A program made the position numbers and the translations under genes. From an uncultured Planctomycetaceae bacterium (GTDB lineage Bacteria; Planctomycetota; Planctomycetia; Planctomycetales; Planctomycetaceae), in assembly GCA_963815195.1 (NCBI GenBank), contig CAWFGE010000023.1, positions 320,001 to 384,000 on the forward strand: a stretch of DNA of 64,000 bases. The letters are read 5' to 3'. Positions 30,869-43,133 of this stretch are shown piece by piece. A model generated the notes under the pieces. It worked only from the letters and a program-made list of their open reading frames with translations, made no database searches and was not told the DNA's origin. How positions within the stretch are numbered: the first letter of the stretch is position 1; each line of letters opens with the position of its first letter.

Positions 30869-32255
30869 TCACGCGGCGGGGCGCTGGGACCGGGCTTCTT
30901 CCGGCTTTTGCAGAGTTTCCAGCAATTGGACCGTTCGTGCCGTGGCTCCTTGCTGCGAGAGGACCAAACGCTGCGCACGCCGACCGTAACCGGCCGCCTC
31001 TTCTGGATGAGCCAACCACTGTCGGACCAACTCCGTCAATTCCCCGGAATCCGCCACCACCTTCGCCGCATTCTGGCCGAGCAACATCGCCACAACATCG
31101 CGGAAGTTGCGGGTGTTCGGCCCAAAACACACGCCCGCCCCATAAGCCGCCGGCTCCAACATGTTTTGCCCGCCGCGGTTCGTCAAACTCCCGCCGACAA
31201 ACGCAATCTCCGCCAGCCCCCAACACGCGGACAACTCGCCCAACGTATCCAACAACAAAACGGGTTTTAGCTCAGGCGAGCGGGGGGCGTCAGCCCCCTG
31301 GTTCCGGTGATTCCAAAAATACTTTAAGCAAACAGTGTGACCAGGGGGCTGACGCCCCCCGCTCGCCTGCTGCAAAGACCGCCGGAGCAGCGGAAAACCG
31401 CGTTGTTCAACCAGCCGGGCGACTTCTTCAAATCGTTCCTGATGCCGGGGGACCAGGATCAACCGCAGGTCCGGAAAGTCTTGCCGGAGGGATTGATAGG
31501 TTTCCAAGGCATAAGCTTCTTCAGGATGCTGCGTGCTGCCGGCGATGAAAACGCGGTCCTCTTCACCTAACCCAAAACACTGCCGGAGTTCCTGCGTCTG
31601 GGAATTCCCGCGGCCCTTGCGGACACCGTCGAATTTGATGGAACCGGTGACGTGAACCCGCGCCGGCGGCCCCGAGTTCCTTGAGCCTCTCGGCATAGGT
31701 TTCACTCTGCACCGCGAGCAGCTCAAACCGCCGCAGCAGATTTCGCATGAGGAACCCGATCCGCCGATAACCCCGGAAACTGTTCTCGCTGATCCGCCCA
31801 TTGATCAGGGCGAGCGGAATCTCGGCCTCGCTCGCGGCCCGGATGAAGTTGGGCCAGAGCTCGAGTTCCACCAGCACAATCGCCGACGGCCGCACGCGGC
31901 GAATCGCGCTTCGCACCGCCCAGGAAAAATCCAGCGGGAAAAACGAGACGTGCTGCTGGGGAAATTTTTCGCGGGCCACCGCCAAGCCGGTGTGGGTCGT
32001 CGTGGTGATCCAGATCTCCCAACCCGGCCGGGACTTCGCCAGTTCCCGCACCACCGTTTGCAATTGCAGCACCTCCCCCACGCTCACCGCATGAAACCAG
32101 ACGCACTCCGCGTCCGATTTTCGGGCCGGCAGTCGTCCCAAGAATTTCTCACCCCACCCCGCGCGATACTTGCCGAGCACCAACACCCGGTAAGCGAGCA
32201 CCGGCGAGAGAATGGCGAGCAATAACGTATAAGCAAGATTCAACAGCCAGCACAT
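30869..32255 (-). CDS. waaA: Kdo transferase WaaA; frameshift at ~31668; contains an in-frame palindromic insert
   Basis: WFHAVSVGE, PLDFSW, ELELWPN, INGRIS, TGSIKFD, AGST, LVPRHQERF, DTLGEL, GGQNMLEPA. Confidence 0.93.
31273..31369. repeat. Perfect 30-bp inverted repeat inside the waaA coding sequence
   Basis: CAGGCGAGCGGGGGGCGTCAGCCCCCTGGT (31273-31302) and its exact reverse complement (31340-31369) with a 37-nt AT-rich spacer. Confidence 0.92.
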
Positions 32256-32326
32256 TGCGAGGGAATCCTTTCCCAAATATGGTCAATGCGGACCATTCCA
32301 TCGTTCCCAATAAATAACGATTAGGT

Positions 32327-32347
32327 GGTCCGCACAGCGGACCCTAC
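32327..32347. repeat. GTAG-type REP unit
   Basis: GGTCCGCACAGCGGACC hairpin followed by CTAC; a remnant of the partner (TGCGGACCA) lies at ~32287-32295. Confidence 0.65.
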
Positions 32348-32354
32348 TTGCCTT

Positions 32355-32609
32355 CTACGGCAGGTTCGCCACTTGCGGGGCTTCAATCTCGACTCTTTCG
32401 ACGCCAAAGCCCGCTTTGGCAACGTCTTGAACCGCGCTTTGAATGGCTTCGCCCAAGCTGGACGCCTCGCGGTGGAAATTGATTTCAGAGACGCCATTGC
32501 AACTGCCGGGTGAGCCATCGCTGCAACCGGCTTCGTATAGGGCGCTCGCGGCTTCGTCGGTCATTTCAGGCAGATCGCTCAGGATGATCGTAAATTCGTA
32601 GGTTCGCAT
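32355..32609 (-). CDS. HicB-like putative antitoxin
   Basis: 84-aa acidic protein YEFTIIL...LYEAGCSD...FHREASSLGEAIQSAVQDV, downstream of a HicA-like gene. Confidence 0.65.
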   Translation of the reverse strand: MRTYEFTIILSDLPEMTDEAASALYEAGCSDGSPGSCNGVSEINFHREASSLGEAIQSAVQDVAKAGFGVERVEIEAPQVANLP

Positions 32610-32628
32610 GACGGGTTAATCTTCTTGG

Positions 32629-32844
32629 TTAAGGGTGGGGGCAACGGTCAACAGCCCGGCGGATGTCTTTGGCGTGGTTTTCGGGATTGTTTGGCGTTGA
32701 ATAAACGGTGCGCCGACAACCTGCTCGCCCGCCCCCAGGACACCACAGCGTTCCGTAAATATGTCCCTTTGACGGCGTGAATGTCCAACCGTGATCTTCC
32801 GCGTATTCGATGGCTTCTCGGATGTGCTTGTTCGGGTGACCCAT
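32629..32844 (-). CDS. HicA-like putative toxin
   Basis: GGAG upstream; 71-aa basic protein MGHPNKHIREAIEYAEDHGW..SKGHIYG.LWCP...STPNNPENHAK with a GW..x.GH pattern like HicA. Confidence 0.65.
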   Translation of the reverse strand: MGHPNKHIREAIEYAEDHGWTFTPSKGHIYGTLWCPGGGRAGCRRTVYSTPNNPENHAKDIRRAVDRCPHP

Positions 32845-32905
32845 TTTATAACCGCTCCATATGGTTGAGTCGGTCAACCCTTCCCGACTTTCATTTCCCC
32901 CAAAA

Positions 32906-32933
32906 CACTGGCAAGAAGTTGCCAGTGGCACCC
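32906..32933. repeat. REP-like hairpin
   Basis: CACTGGCAA-GAAG-TTGCCAGTG followed by GCACCC. Confidence 0.7.
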
Positions 32934-32937
32934 GGCG

Positions 32938-32979
32938 TAAGCAGAATTCAACAGCCAGCACATTCAGGGGAATCCTTTC
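32938..32979 (-). pseudogene. Duplicated 5' end (upstream region plus first ~9 codons) of waaA
   Basis: taagcagaattcaacagccagcacattcaggggaatcctttc versus 32230-32272 taagcaagattcaacagccagcacattgcgagggaatcctttc; encodes MCWLLNSAY versus MCWLLNLAY. Confidence 0.8.
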
Positions 32980-32998
32980 TATGGAGGACACGCGCCGC

Positions 32999-33643
32999 CT
33001 ATTTTTTGATTTGGCAGAGGATCTCGCCTTTAAGAATCGCCTGCTTGTCGCCCCGGGAGAGAAAAACCTCCCCGGTCACGGTCAGCACCAGCTTCTGGCC
33101 ATTGGGGGCTTTTCGTTCAAAATGCCAAGTGTTGGTAGCATATTGGACCGCCGAAATCACCACGCCCGGCGTGCCTTGGGTTTTGTATCCCAATGCATCC
33201 AGATGGCTGAACACATGGTTGAGTAAAACCGTTGCAGCCATCGTCTCGGAATGGATCATATGGCCCTTCACAACCGTGGCTTCCGGCGTGAGATTGAGCA
33301 GGATAGTAAACCCCCGCGAGTCCTGCCCGTCGCGAAGCACGTTCTGCCAATAGACTTGACGGAAAGTCTCGTTCCAGAAATCTCTGTTATGGGTCAACTT
33401 GCGTTTGAGATTCGCTGGTAAAAGATCCGCCTCGTCTTTTTTGATGTATTCGTGACCGAGTGCTAACGGCTTTTCAACATGGGCCAGTACCCGTTGCTGC
33501 TCCGAGGCAATCTCTTCCAGAAGGGCTTCCGATCCCTTTGGGGCTGCATCGTCCGAGAATGCAAACGAAGCGTAGCCTATCCCGCCTATCCCCAACACGA
33601 GAAAAATGAGGGCGCAGTTTTTCAGGCTGAAGTAGCGATGCAT
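32999..33643 (-). CDS. Exported hypothetical protein
   Basis: GAGGAG RBS, N-terminal hydrophobic segment, 214 aa, visibly lower GC than flanking genes. Confidence 0.7.
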   Translation of the reverse strand: MHRYFSLKNCALIFLVLGIGGIGYASFAFSDDAAPKGSEALLEEIASEQQRVLAHVEKPLALGHEYIKKDEADLLPANLKRKLTHNRDFWNETFRQVYWQNVLRDGQDSRGFTILLNLTPEATVVKGHMIHSETMAATVLLNHVFSHLDALGYKTQGTPGVVISAVQYATNTWHFERKAPNGQKLVLTVTGEVFLSRGDKQAILKGEILCQIKK

Positions 33644-33783
33644 GTGGCAGTCCTCCTCGGCAACCGAGTGAATCGAAAAAAGCGAATTACCCGCAACCGT
33701 TTTCTAGCGTCGGCGAGCACCCCCCTTCATAACACTTCGTGAATGACTTGTCACCCCGGCTTGTTCGCACATATCCAAGTCTA

Positions 33784-33861
33784 GTAGGGTGGGCATTGCG
33801 GTGGGCATTGCCCACCAATCCTGGATTCATTTTTTGTTGCGGTGGGCGGTGCCCACCCTAC
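33784..33861. repeat. GTAG-type REP doublet
   Basis: GTAGGGTGGGCATTGC(GGTGGGCATTGC)CCACC ... GGTGGGCGGTGCCCACCCTAC, abutting the secA stop. Confidence 0.85.
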
Positions 33862-33864
33862 GGT

Positions 33865-37447
<3,583 letters not shown>

Positions 37448-38077
37448 TAGACCGCCCGGATTTCTGTTCCGTGAAATTGATGTGAAGGGATTTGTCTGGT
37501 GAGGGGTGGTTTTCTCTTCGCCATTCGCCCCCTGGCGGCGAATCTTAATTTGCAGGCCGGGGTTTGGGTATCTCGGAGAATCGGCCCGGTTGAGTCGGGG
37601 ATTTCAGGCCTGCCGCGGAAGCGACGGCCGCCGGATGAACAGAGCCAGCACCTATAAATAAATACGCTATTGTCTTGGGATTTGTTGGAGTCCCGGCTGC
37701 CAAATTGACAGCGGCCGCAATCATTCCGTCCGAAAAACCCCGCGGTCGACTGTTGGTGCTTCGCGGGGTCTTGATGTAGAATGATTCCGTAAGTTGTCTT
37801 ACCGTCACAGTTTATTCATGTTGGAAAAGATGGTCAATCCCGGTCGCAAGTGGTGAAATCACTTGCGGTTTGGTCGAGCGGTCCGGAAAGACGCAAGCGG
37901 CATGCCAAAATTGAAATCCGTTTTTTGGTCGCTGATCCGAAAAGAATCCGCCCCGGATCAGGTTGACTGGGCCGCGGTGGGCGCGCTGTGCCTGTACGGC
38001 CTCTTGTTGCTGCTTTTGGTTTTGTTTGGGCTACGCGGTTAGAACCCTCTCTCACGTTTTTGATTTGGAGACAGACG

Positions 38078-38551
38078 ATGCACTCAAAACTGCGATGGGT
38101 TTCCGTGATTCTCGTCCTCGGCTGCGCGATGTTTCTCAGCCCGAAACTCCGCTCGCAACAAGGGGCGTCTTCTGCGAAAAAACCGCAGGCGAAACCGGAG
38201 ACGGAAGAAAGCGTGCTGGAAGAGAAAGTCGAGGCCCTCAGGGAATTGTACGATCGGCAGGTCAAAATGCGAGAACTCGGAACCATCCGCGTTGAAGTCG
38301 ACTCCACCGCCGAAATGGATGCGGGGCGGGACCTGTATCTGGCCAAAGCCGAGCTTGCGGCCGTTCAAGGGAAGACTTCCGAGCAGATTCAATCGCTCCA
38401 AAAAGCCGTCGAGTTCGCCGACAAAGCCGTAAGCTTCTATCAAGAGCGCGTAAAGGCCGGCCTCCTGGGCATCGATTCAGTCACCCGAGCCATTATCCGC
38501 CGGGCGGATACCAAGCTGGCTTTGATTCGGGCGAAGAAGCACGCGCATTGA
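38078..38551 (+). CDS. Secreted helical hypothetical protein
   Basis: GGAG RBS; MHSKLRWVSVILVLGCAMFL signal-like segment; coiled-coil character. Confidence 0.65.
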   Translation: MHSKLRWVSVILVLGCAMFLSPKLRSQQGASSAKKPQAKPETEESVLEEKVEALRELYDRQVKMRELGTIRVEVDSTAEMDAGRDLYLAKAELAAVQGKTSEQIQSLQKAVEFADKAVSFYQERVKAGLLGIDSVTRAIIRRADTKLALIRAKKHAH

Positions 38552-38599
38552 TTTGTTTCTTTTTTATGGACCAGAGCAGCAACTGCAGGAGCGATTTCG

Positions 38600-39262
38600 A
38601 TGTCCCTGTTTGGACAGGATCCCAAATACCAAACCGGCGAGTCGCCGATGGCCGAAAATGTCGCGAGTGATGTGATCATCAGCCCCGACACGCTGCGTGA
38701 CAACCGGATTCCACCGGGGCAAACCCGCACGCGGAAGTGGCCGGTGCTGCACGCCAGCGATGTTCCCGATGTCTCTCACGAGATGTGGAGACTGGAAATC
38801 GGCGGGCTCGTGGAACGGCCGCTACGCTTCACCTGGGACGAGTTTCAAAAACTGCCCCGCGTCAAGGTGTTTTCCGATTTCCACTGCGTCACCACTTGGT
38901 CGCGGCTCGGGAACTTGTGGGAAGGCGTGAGCGTTCGGGAAATCATGAGCCGGGCCGGAATCCAGCCGGTGGCCAAGTTCGTCGTCGTCACCGGATACGA
39001 TTGGGGCTGGACCACGAACCTGCCGCTGGCGGACTTTCTCGCGGAGGACGCCCTGTTCGTGGATCTGCACGACGGCGAACCGTTGAGTGCCGACCACGGC
39101 GGCCCGGTCCGGCTGGTCGTGCCTCAGCTTTACGCCTGGAAAAGCGCCAAATGGGTCCGCCGGGTGGAACTGGTCGCCGACGATCAGCCCGGTTATTGGG
39201 AGCAGGCCGGCTATCACAACCACGGCGATCCGTGGACCCAGGAGCGTTTTCAAGGGGATTGA
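38600..39262 (+). CDS. Sulfite-oxidase-like molybdopterin oxidoreductase
   Basis: PPGQ..T.KWPVL, DFHCVTTWS, HGGPVRLVVPQLYAWKSAKWV, GYWEQAGYH. Confidence 0.92.
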   Translation: MSLFGQDPKYQTGESPMAENVASDVIISPDTLRDNRIPPGQTRTRKWPVLHASDVPDVSHEMWRLEIGGLVERPLRFTWDEFQKLPRVKVFSDFHCVTTWSRLGNLWEGVSVREIMSRAGIQPVAKFVVVTGYDWGWTTNLPLADFLAEDALFVDLHDGEPLSADHGGPVRLVVPQLYAWKSAKWVRRVELVADDQPGYWEQAGYHNHGDPWTQERFQGD

Positions 39263-39264
39263 CA

Positions 39265-40695
39265 TCATCCCGGCTGAGAGGACGATTTCGCGCGGATGAC
39301 GAGTCCGGCGACCGGTTGGCGGTGTTCCAAACGGAGCGTGGCCCGTTTAAGGGCGACGATCTCCCAGCCCGTTTCGCGAAGAGTTTTTTGAACGTAATCG
39401 TCCGCGTGGCGATACCGTCCTTCCGGTGCCAGGCGGTACTTCGTTTTGTGATCGGCGGAGGCCTCGGCTTCCAGCGTGAACACCAAAAGGCCGCCGGCTC
39501 GAACGGCGAATTTCGCGGCGGCCAAGACCGGTTCTAAATTGCCGAAGTAGTTCAAGGTGTCGGCCGCGACAATTGCATCAAAGCGTTCGGGCGTTTCGCG
39601 GAAGAACTCCACCAGATCCGAAGTGATCAATTCATCGTAGACGCCCCGGCGTTTGGCCCGCTCCGACATCTCCGGGGACAGATCGACCCCCACCAAACGC
39701 CGGGCGAACGGACGCAGAAGCGGCCCGCACAATCCCGTCCCGCTGCCCGCATCGAGAATCACCCGGTCCCGCATGGCAGGTCCCAAAAGCTCGCCCAAGG
39801 CGGCGGCGACCAGTTGCGGGGCTCGGTAATCGAGGTTTTCCAGCGTCGCGTCGAAACGTTCCGCGAACTGGTCGAAGGCCTGCCGAACGTACTCCGGCTC
39901 GGCCCGGTCGGGGACCTGCTCGCCGATCAATGCCGCCAGCATATGCCGGGCGGCGGCATCGTCGGGACAAGCCTGCCGCCAGCGGCGGAACACCTCTTCC
40001 GCCTCCGCCGGTCTCTCCAAGCGAACCAGCAGCCGCCCCAAAACTTCGTAAGCCGAGGTCAACCGCGGATCGAGTTCCAAGGCGTCGCGATACCGCGCGA
40101 GGGCGGCGTCCGTCTCGCCCAATTGCTCTTCCGCAAAGCCCAAATCGACAAGCTCCGCCGCGGAACCGGGCGAGAGTTCCACGGCTCGTTGATAACAATG
40201 CCGGGCCTCGGGGAGCCGGCCCAGATCTTGATACGCGTTCCCCAATCGGCTGTGGATCACCGCGACCTCCGAATCCAAGCGGAGGGCCTGCTCGAAGGCG
40301 GCGGCCGCTTCCTCCAATCGGCCCAGTGAAAACCGCGTGCAGCCCAGGTTATAATGGGCCGGAAGCAGCCCCGGTTCCAAGGCGAGCGTTTCCCCGTAGG
40401 CGACGGCCGCCACTTCCAATTCCCCCGCCGCCTGAAGCGCATGCGCCAGGTTGTACAAAAGGCCCGCGTTCTTCGGCTCGATCGCCATCGCCCGGCGGTA
40501 GACGGCCACGGCCTCGGCGGGTCGGTTCGTGTTTTCCAAGAGCACGCCCAGATTGTTGAGCGCCTTGAAGTAATCGGGACTGCCCGGCTCGACCCGGCGA
40601 TAAACCGCGATCGCCTCTGCCAGCCGGCCGGCTTGCCGAAGAGCCAGCGCCTCCTCAAACAGCGTGGGGAGAGGGGATGCGGATTCCGAAACCAT
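39265..40695 (-). CDS. TPR-repeat protein with C-terminal SAM methyltransferase
   Basis: About 7 TPR units; YVRQAFDQFAERFD, ILDAGSGTGLCG, GVDLSPEM. Confidence 0.9.
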   Translation of the reverse strand: MVSESASPLPTLFEEALALRQAGRLAEAIAVYRRVEPGSPDYFKALNNLGVLLENTNRPAEAVAVYRRAMAIEPKNAGLLYNLAHALQAAGELEVAAVAYGETLALEPGLLPAHYNLGCTRFSLGRLEEAAAAFEQALRLDSEVAVIHSRLGNAYQDLGRLPEARHCYQRAVELSPGSAAELVDLGFAEEQLGETDAALARYRDALELDPRLTSAYEVLGRLLVRLERPAEAEEVFRRWRQACPDDAAARHMLAALIGEQVPDRAEPEYVRQAFDQFAERFDATLENLDYRAPQLVAAALGELLGPAMRDRVILDAGSGTGLCGPLLRPFARRLVGVDLSPEMSERAKRRGVYDELITSDLVEFFRETPERFDAIVAADTLNYFGNLEPVLAAAKFAVRAGGLLVFTLEAEASADHKTKYRLAPEGRYRHADDYVQKTLRETGWEIVALKRATLRLEHRQPVAGLVIRAKSSSQPG

Positions 40696-40716
40696 CCGGG
40701 CCTCCTTGGGCGGCTG

Positions 40717-41721
40717 TCAGGCAGTTTGGCTTTGGGGCTGGCTCAACTCTTCGACCAGATTCACCAGTCGCCGGGCCTGGACCTCCACGGCGAAGTGCTC
40801 TTCGATGCGCTCCCGCCCCGCCCGGCCCAATCGGCGGCGAAATCCGGGATCGCTCGCCAACCGCCCGAGGCATTGGGTCCACTCCTCGAGCGAATGGGCC
40901 AGCAAACCGTTCTTGTCGTGGGTGATAATATCACAATTCACGCCCACGGGACTACACACCGCGGGGATCGCGAGACCCATGTATTGCAGGGCCTTGAACC
41001 CGCACTTGCCCCGCGTCCACGGGTTGTCCGGAAGGGGCATCACGCCGATGTCGAAGGTCGCCGTCGCGGAGATTTCCACATCCGGCGACCAGGGCACAAA
41101 CTGAAAAGGCACCTCCCCCAACAGGTCCAAATCCACTCCCTCCGGCGTGTCGGAAAGAAACTTGAACCGCACGTTTTCGCCCAGAGCCGCAATCGCCGGC
41201 AGCAGGAAATTCAAATAGCGGTTGGTGCTGCGACTGCCGGTCCAACCGATGACGAGGGCCCCTGAGTCCGCCGACCCGCCGCCGGGCTGATATTTCTGCG
41301 TGTCGATTGACGTCGGGACGACCTCCACCCGCGGGGAATGGGCCCGCGCCAGTTCTGCGAGATAAGAATTGCCGCAAACCACCAAATCCGCAGCGGCCGC
41401 CATCGCCCGGAACCGCGATTGCCGCCGGCGGTCCGGCCGGCCTTCGCCGTCAAACATCACGGCGTCGTCCAAATCGTAAATCAGCCGGCGTGCCCGCTGC
41501 CGAACGAGCAGCAATTCCGCCCGGCTCAAGAGCCGCTTTTGCAGAAACACCGCGTCGTACCGCGGCAGTCGGCGGTAAAGCCACAACCGCGAAAGCGGCC
41601 TGCCCCGCAGAAACTCCACGTCGCACTGGTGGCCGCGCTCGGCGAACCACGGCAGAAATTGCTCCACGCGGAAGCGAAAGCTGGGCTTGGCATTGCGGGT
41701 GGACAGAAACAGGAGGTTCAT
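40717..41721 (-). CDS. Glycosyltransferase family 4
   Basis: MNLLFLS..PSFRFRVEQ, YDLDDAV, IGWTGS, DIGVMPLPDNPWTRGKCGFKALQYMG; TGATG overlap with the kinase stop. Confidence 0.9.
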   Translation of the reverse strand: MNLLFLSTRNAKPSFRFRVEQFLPWFAERGHQCDVEFLRGRPLSRLWLYRRLPRYDAVFLQKRLLSRAELLLVRQRARRLIYDLDDAVMFDGEGRPDRRRQSRFRAMAAAADLVVCGNSYLAELARAHSPRVEVVPTSIDTQKYQPGGGSADSGALVIGWTGSRSTNRYLNFLLPAIAALGENVRFKFLSDTPEGVDLDLLGEVPFQFVPWSPDVEISATATFDIGVMPLPDNPWTRGKCGFKALQYMGLAIPAVCSPVGVNCDIITHDKNGLLAHSLEEWTQCLGRLASDPGFRRRLGRAGRERIEEHFAVEVQARRLVNLVEELSQPQSQTA

Positions 41722-42644
41722 CAGGAACACGATCCGCGGCGGCGTTTTTTCGTCCGCCTTTTTCTTGTGATTTGAGCCAGTCGAATCCAGAGCGGTTTCC
41801 AAGAGTCGGCGGCCTCTCCGCGGACTTTCAAATAAGCCAGCAGAAACCGCAGCCGGGCCGACGGCGTCACGGCCGGTTCCGACTCCATTGCTAGCGCCAA
41901 CCGCGCCAAGTCCCGCTGCCATCGGACGGCGGGGAGCCAAACGTGCCGCCGGGCCCCGTCCAAATCGATCACATACGCCGACACCGACGCCGGGCGATTG
42001 ACGAGCAGCAGATTGCCGGCTTTCAAGTCGCGGTGGCTCATCCGCCCGGCATGCATCCGGCCGATCAATTCGCCCAGTTGCACCGCAGCGGCATGCAGCC
42101 GGAACCGCCGATGATAGTCGGTTTGCTCCCGCAGCCATTCGCCGTAGCCCGTCAGATTCATCGCCTGATCGAGCCATTCGGTCGCCAGGAACGAGGGACG
42201 AAACGGTTGATACCAGCGGGGCACGACGACCATCAATGCCCGTGGCGTGGGGACGGCGATTTGCTCCAGCCGGCGGGCCATGTTCCAGGTTCTGATCGTG
42301 CGATTCCCCAACAGCCAGGCCGCGAGAGATTTCCAGGCGTTTCGCCTGACGATGCGTTTGTAGGCGACGGATACCAGACGGCCGCCGATGGGAAACTCGC
42401 CCCGCACCAACAGGGCCGACCGCCCGGCTTTGATCGTGTCGCGGGTATGGATTTTCAAAGGGAGTTCAGGAAAGTCGATCAGCCGAATCAACGCGTCGCG
42501 GGAGACGCCCGCCACCGCACAACCCAAGCCGCGCGGCCGCGAAATCCGATAGGTCCCCTTCGGGAATTCCGCCGGCGTCCGTCGCCGCAACCAGCGGGCC
42601 TCACGGAGTTTGCGGTGAATCCTCAAAAACGGTGATGCAGCCAA
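41721..42644 (-). CDS. Kdo/WaaP/InaA-family LPS kinase-like protein
   Basis: VAYKR, LATEWL, HRDLKAGNLL, IDLDG. Start uncertain. Confidence 0.8.
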   Translation of the reverse strand: MAASPFLRIHRKLREARWLRRRTPAEFPKGTYRISRPRGLGCAVAGVSRDALIRLIDFPELPLKIHTRDTIKAGRSALLVRGEFPIGGRLVSVAYKRIVRRNAWKSLAAWLLGNRTIRTWNMARRLEQIAVPTPRALMVVVPRWYQPFRPSFLATEWLDQAMNLTGYGEWLREQTDYHRRFRLHAAAVQLGELIGRMHAGRMSHRDLKAGNLLLVNRPASVSAYVIDLDGARRHVWLPAVRWQRDLARLALAMESEPAVTPSARLRFLLAYLKVRGEAADSWKPLWIRLAQITRKRRTKKRRRGSCS

Positions 42645-42905
42645 CAGCCCGATCCTTCCCGCCTTGGGATGTGTGCATTCCTTCCAAAATGTTCGGGCGG
42701 TATTTTATCAAATCCCCCTCAAACACCTAGATCGGATTTTGCCGAGCTCACAGTTCCCAGGCGATGTAGCAGAATCATTCATTAGGATTCTGTGAACCGT
42801 GATTCTGTGCTGAATGTGGCTGAAGCAGAGATTCCCGAAAACCGTCCCGTTGGGCCCTGGGAAAAAAACCGCCGCGAATCTCAGATTTTTGAGCCCGCCC
42901 GCGGG

Positions 42906-42933
42906 TTGAAGCCGACGCCAGGACTGCTATACT
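42906..42933 (+). promoter_or_regulatory. Sigma70-like promoter of tRNA-Leu
   Basis: TTGAAG-N16-TATACT with extended -10 TG, 22 nt upstream of the tRNA. Confidence 0.55.
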
Positions 42934-42955
42934 TGGCTGATTCGGTTTTCCCACC

Positions 42956-43041
<86 letters not shown>

Positions 43042-43044
43042 TCA

Positions 43045-43088
43045 AAACTCCTTGCTGCATCGGTATTTGCGGCAAGGAGTTTCTTTTT
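43045..43088 (+). terminator. Rho-independent terminator-like hairpin after the tRNA
   Basis: AAACTCCTTGCTGCA...TGCGGCAAGGAGTTT followed by CTTTTT. Confidence 0.65.
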
Positions 43089-43133
43089 GCAATTTCTCAA
43101 CGTTGGTGGTGTCCACACTTTGGTCAACGATTC

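Noticed and set aside
37450..38070. ncRNA or riboswitch in long intergenic gaps (also 23130-23540 and 50970-51500)
   Set aside because: No recognisable consensus, including c-di-GMP riboswitches, by eye; an Rfam/Infernal scan would be needed.
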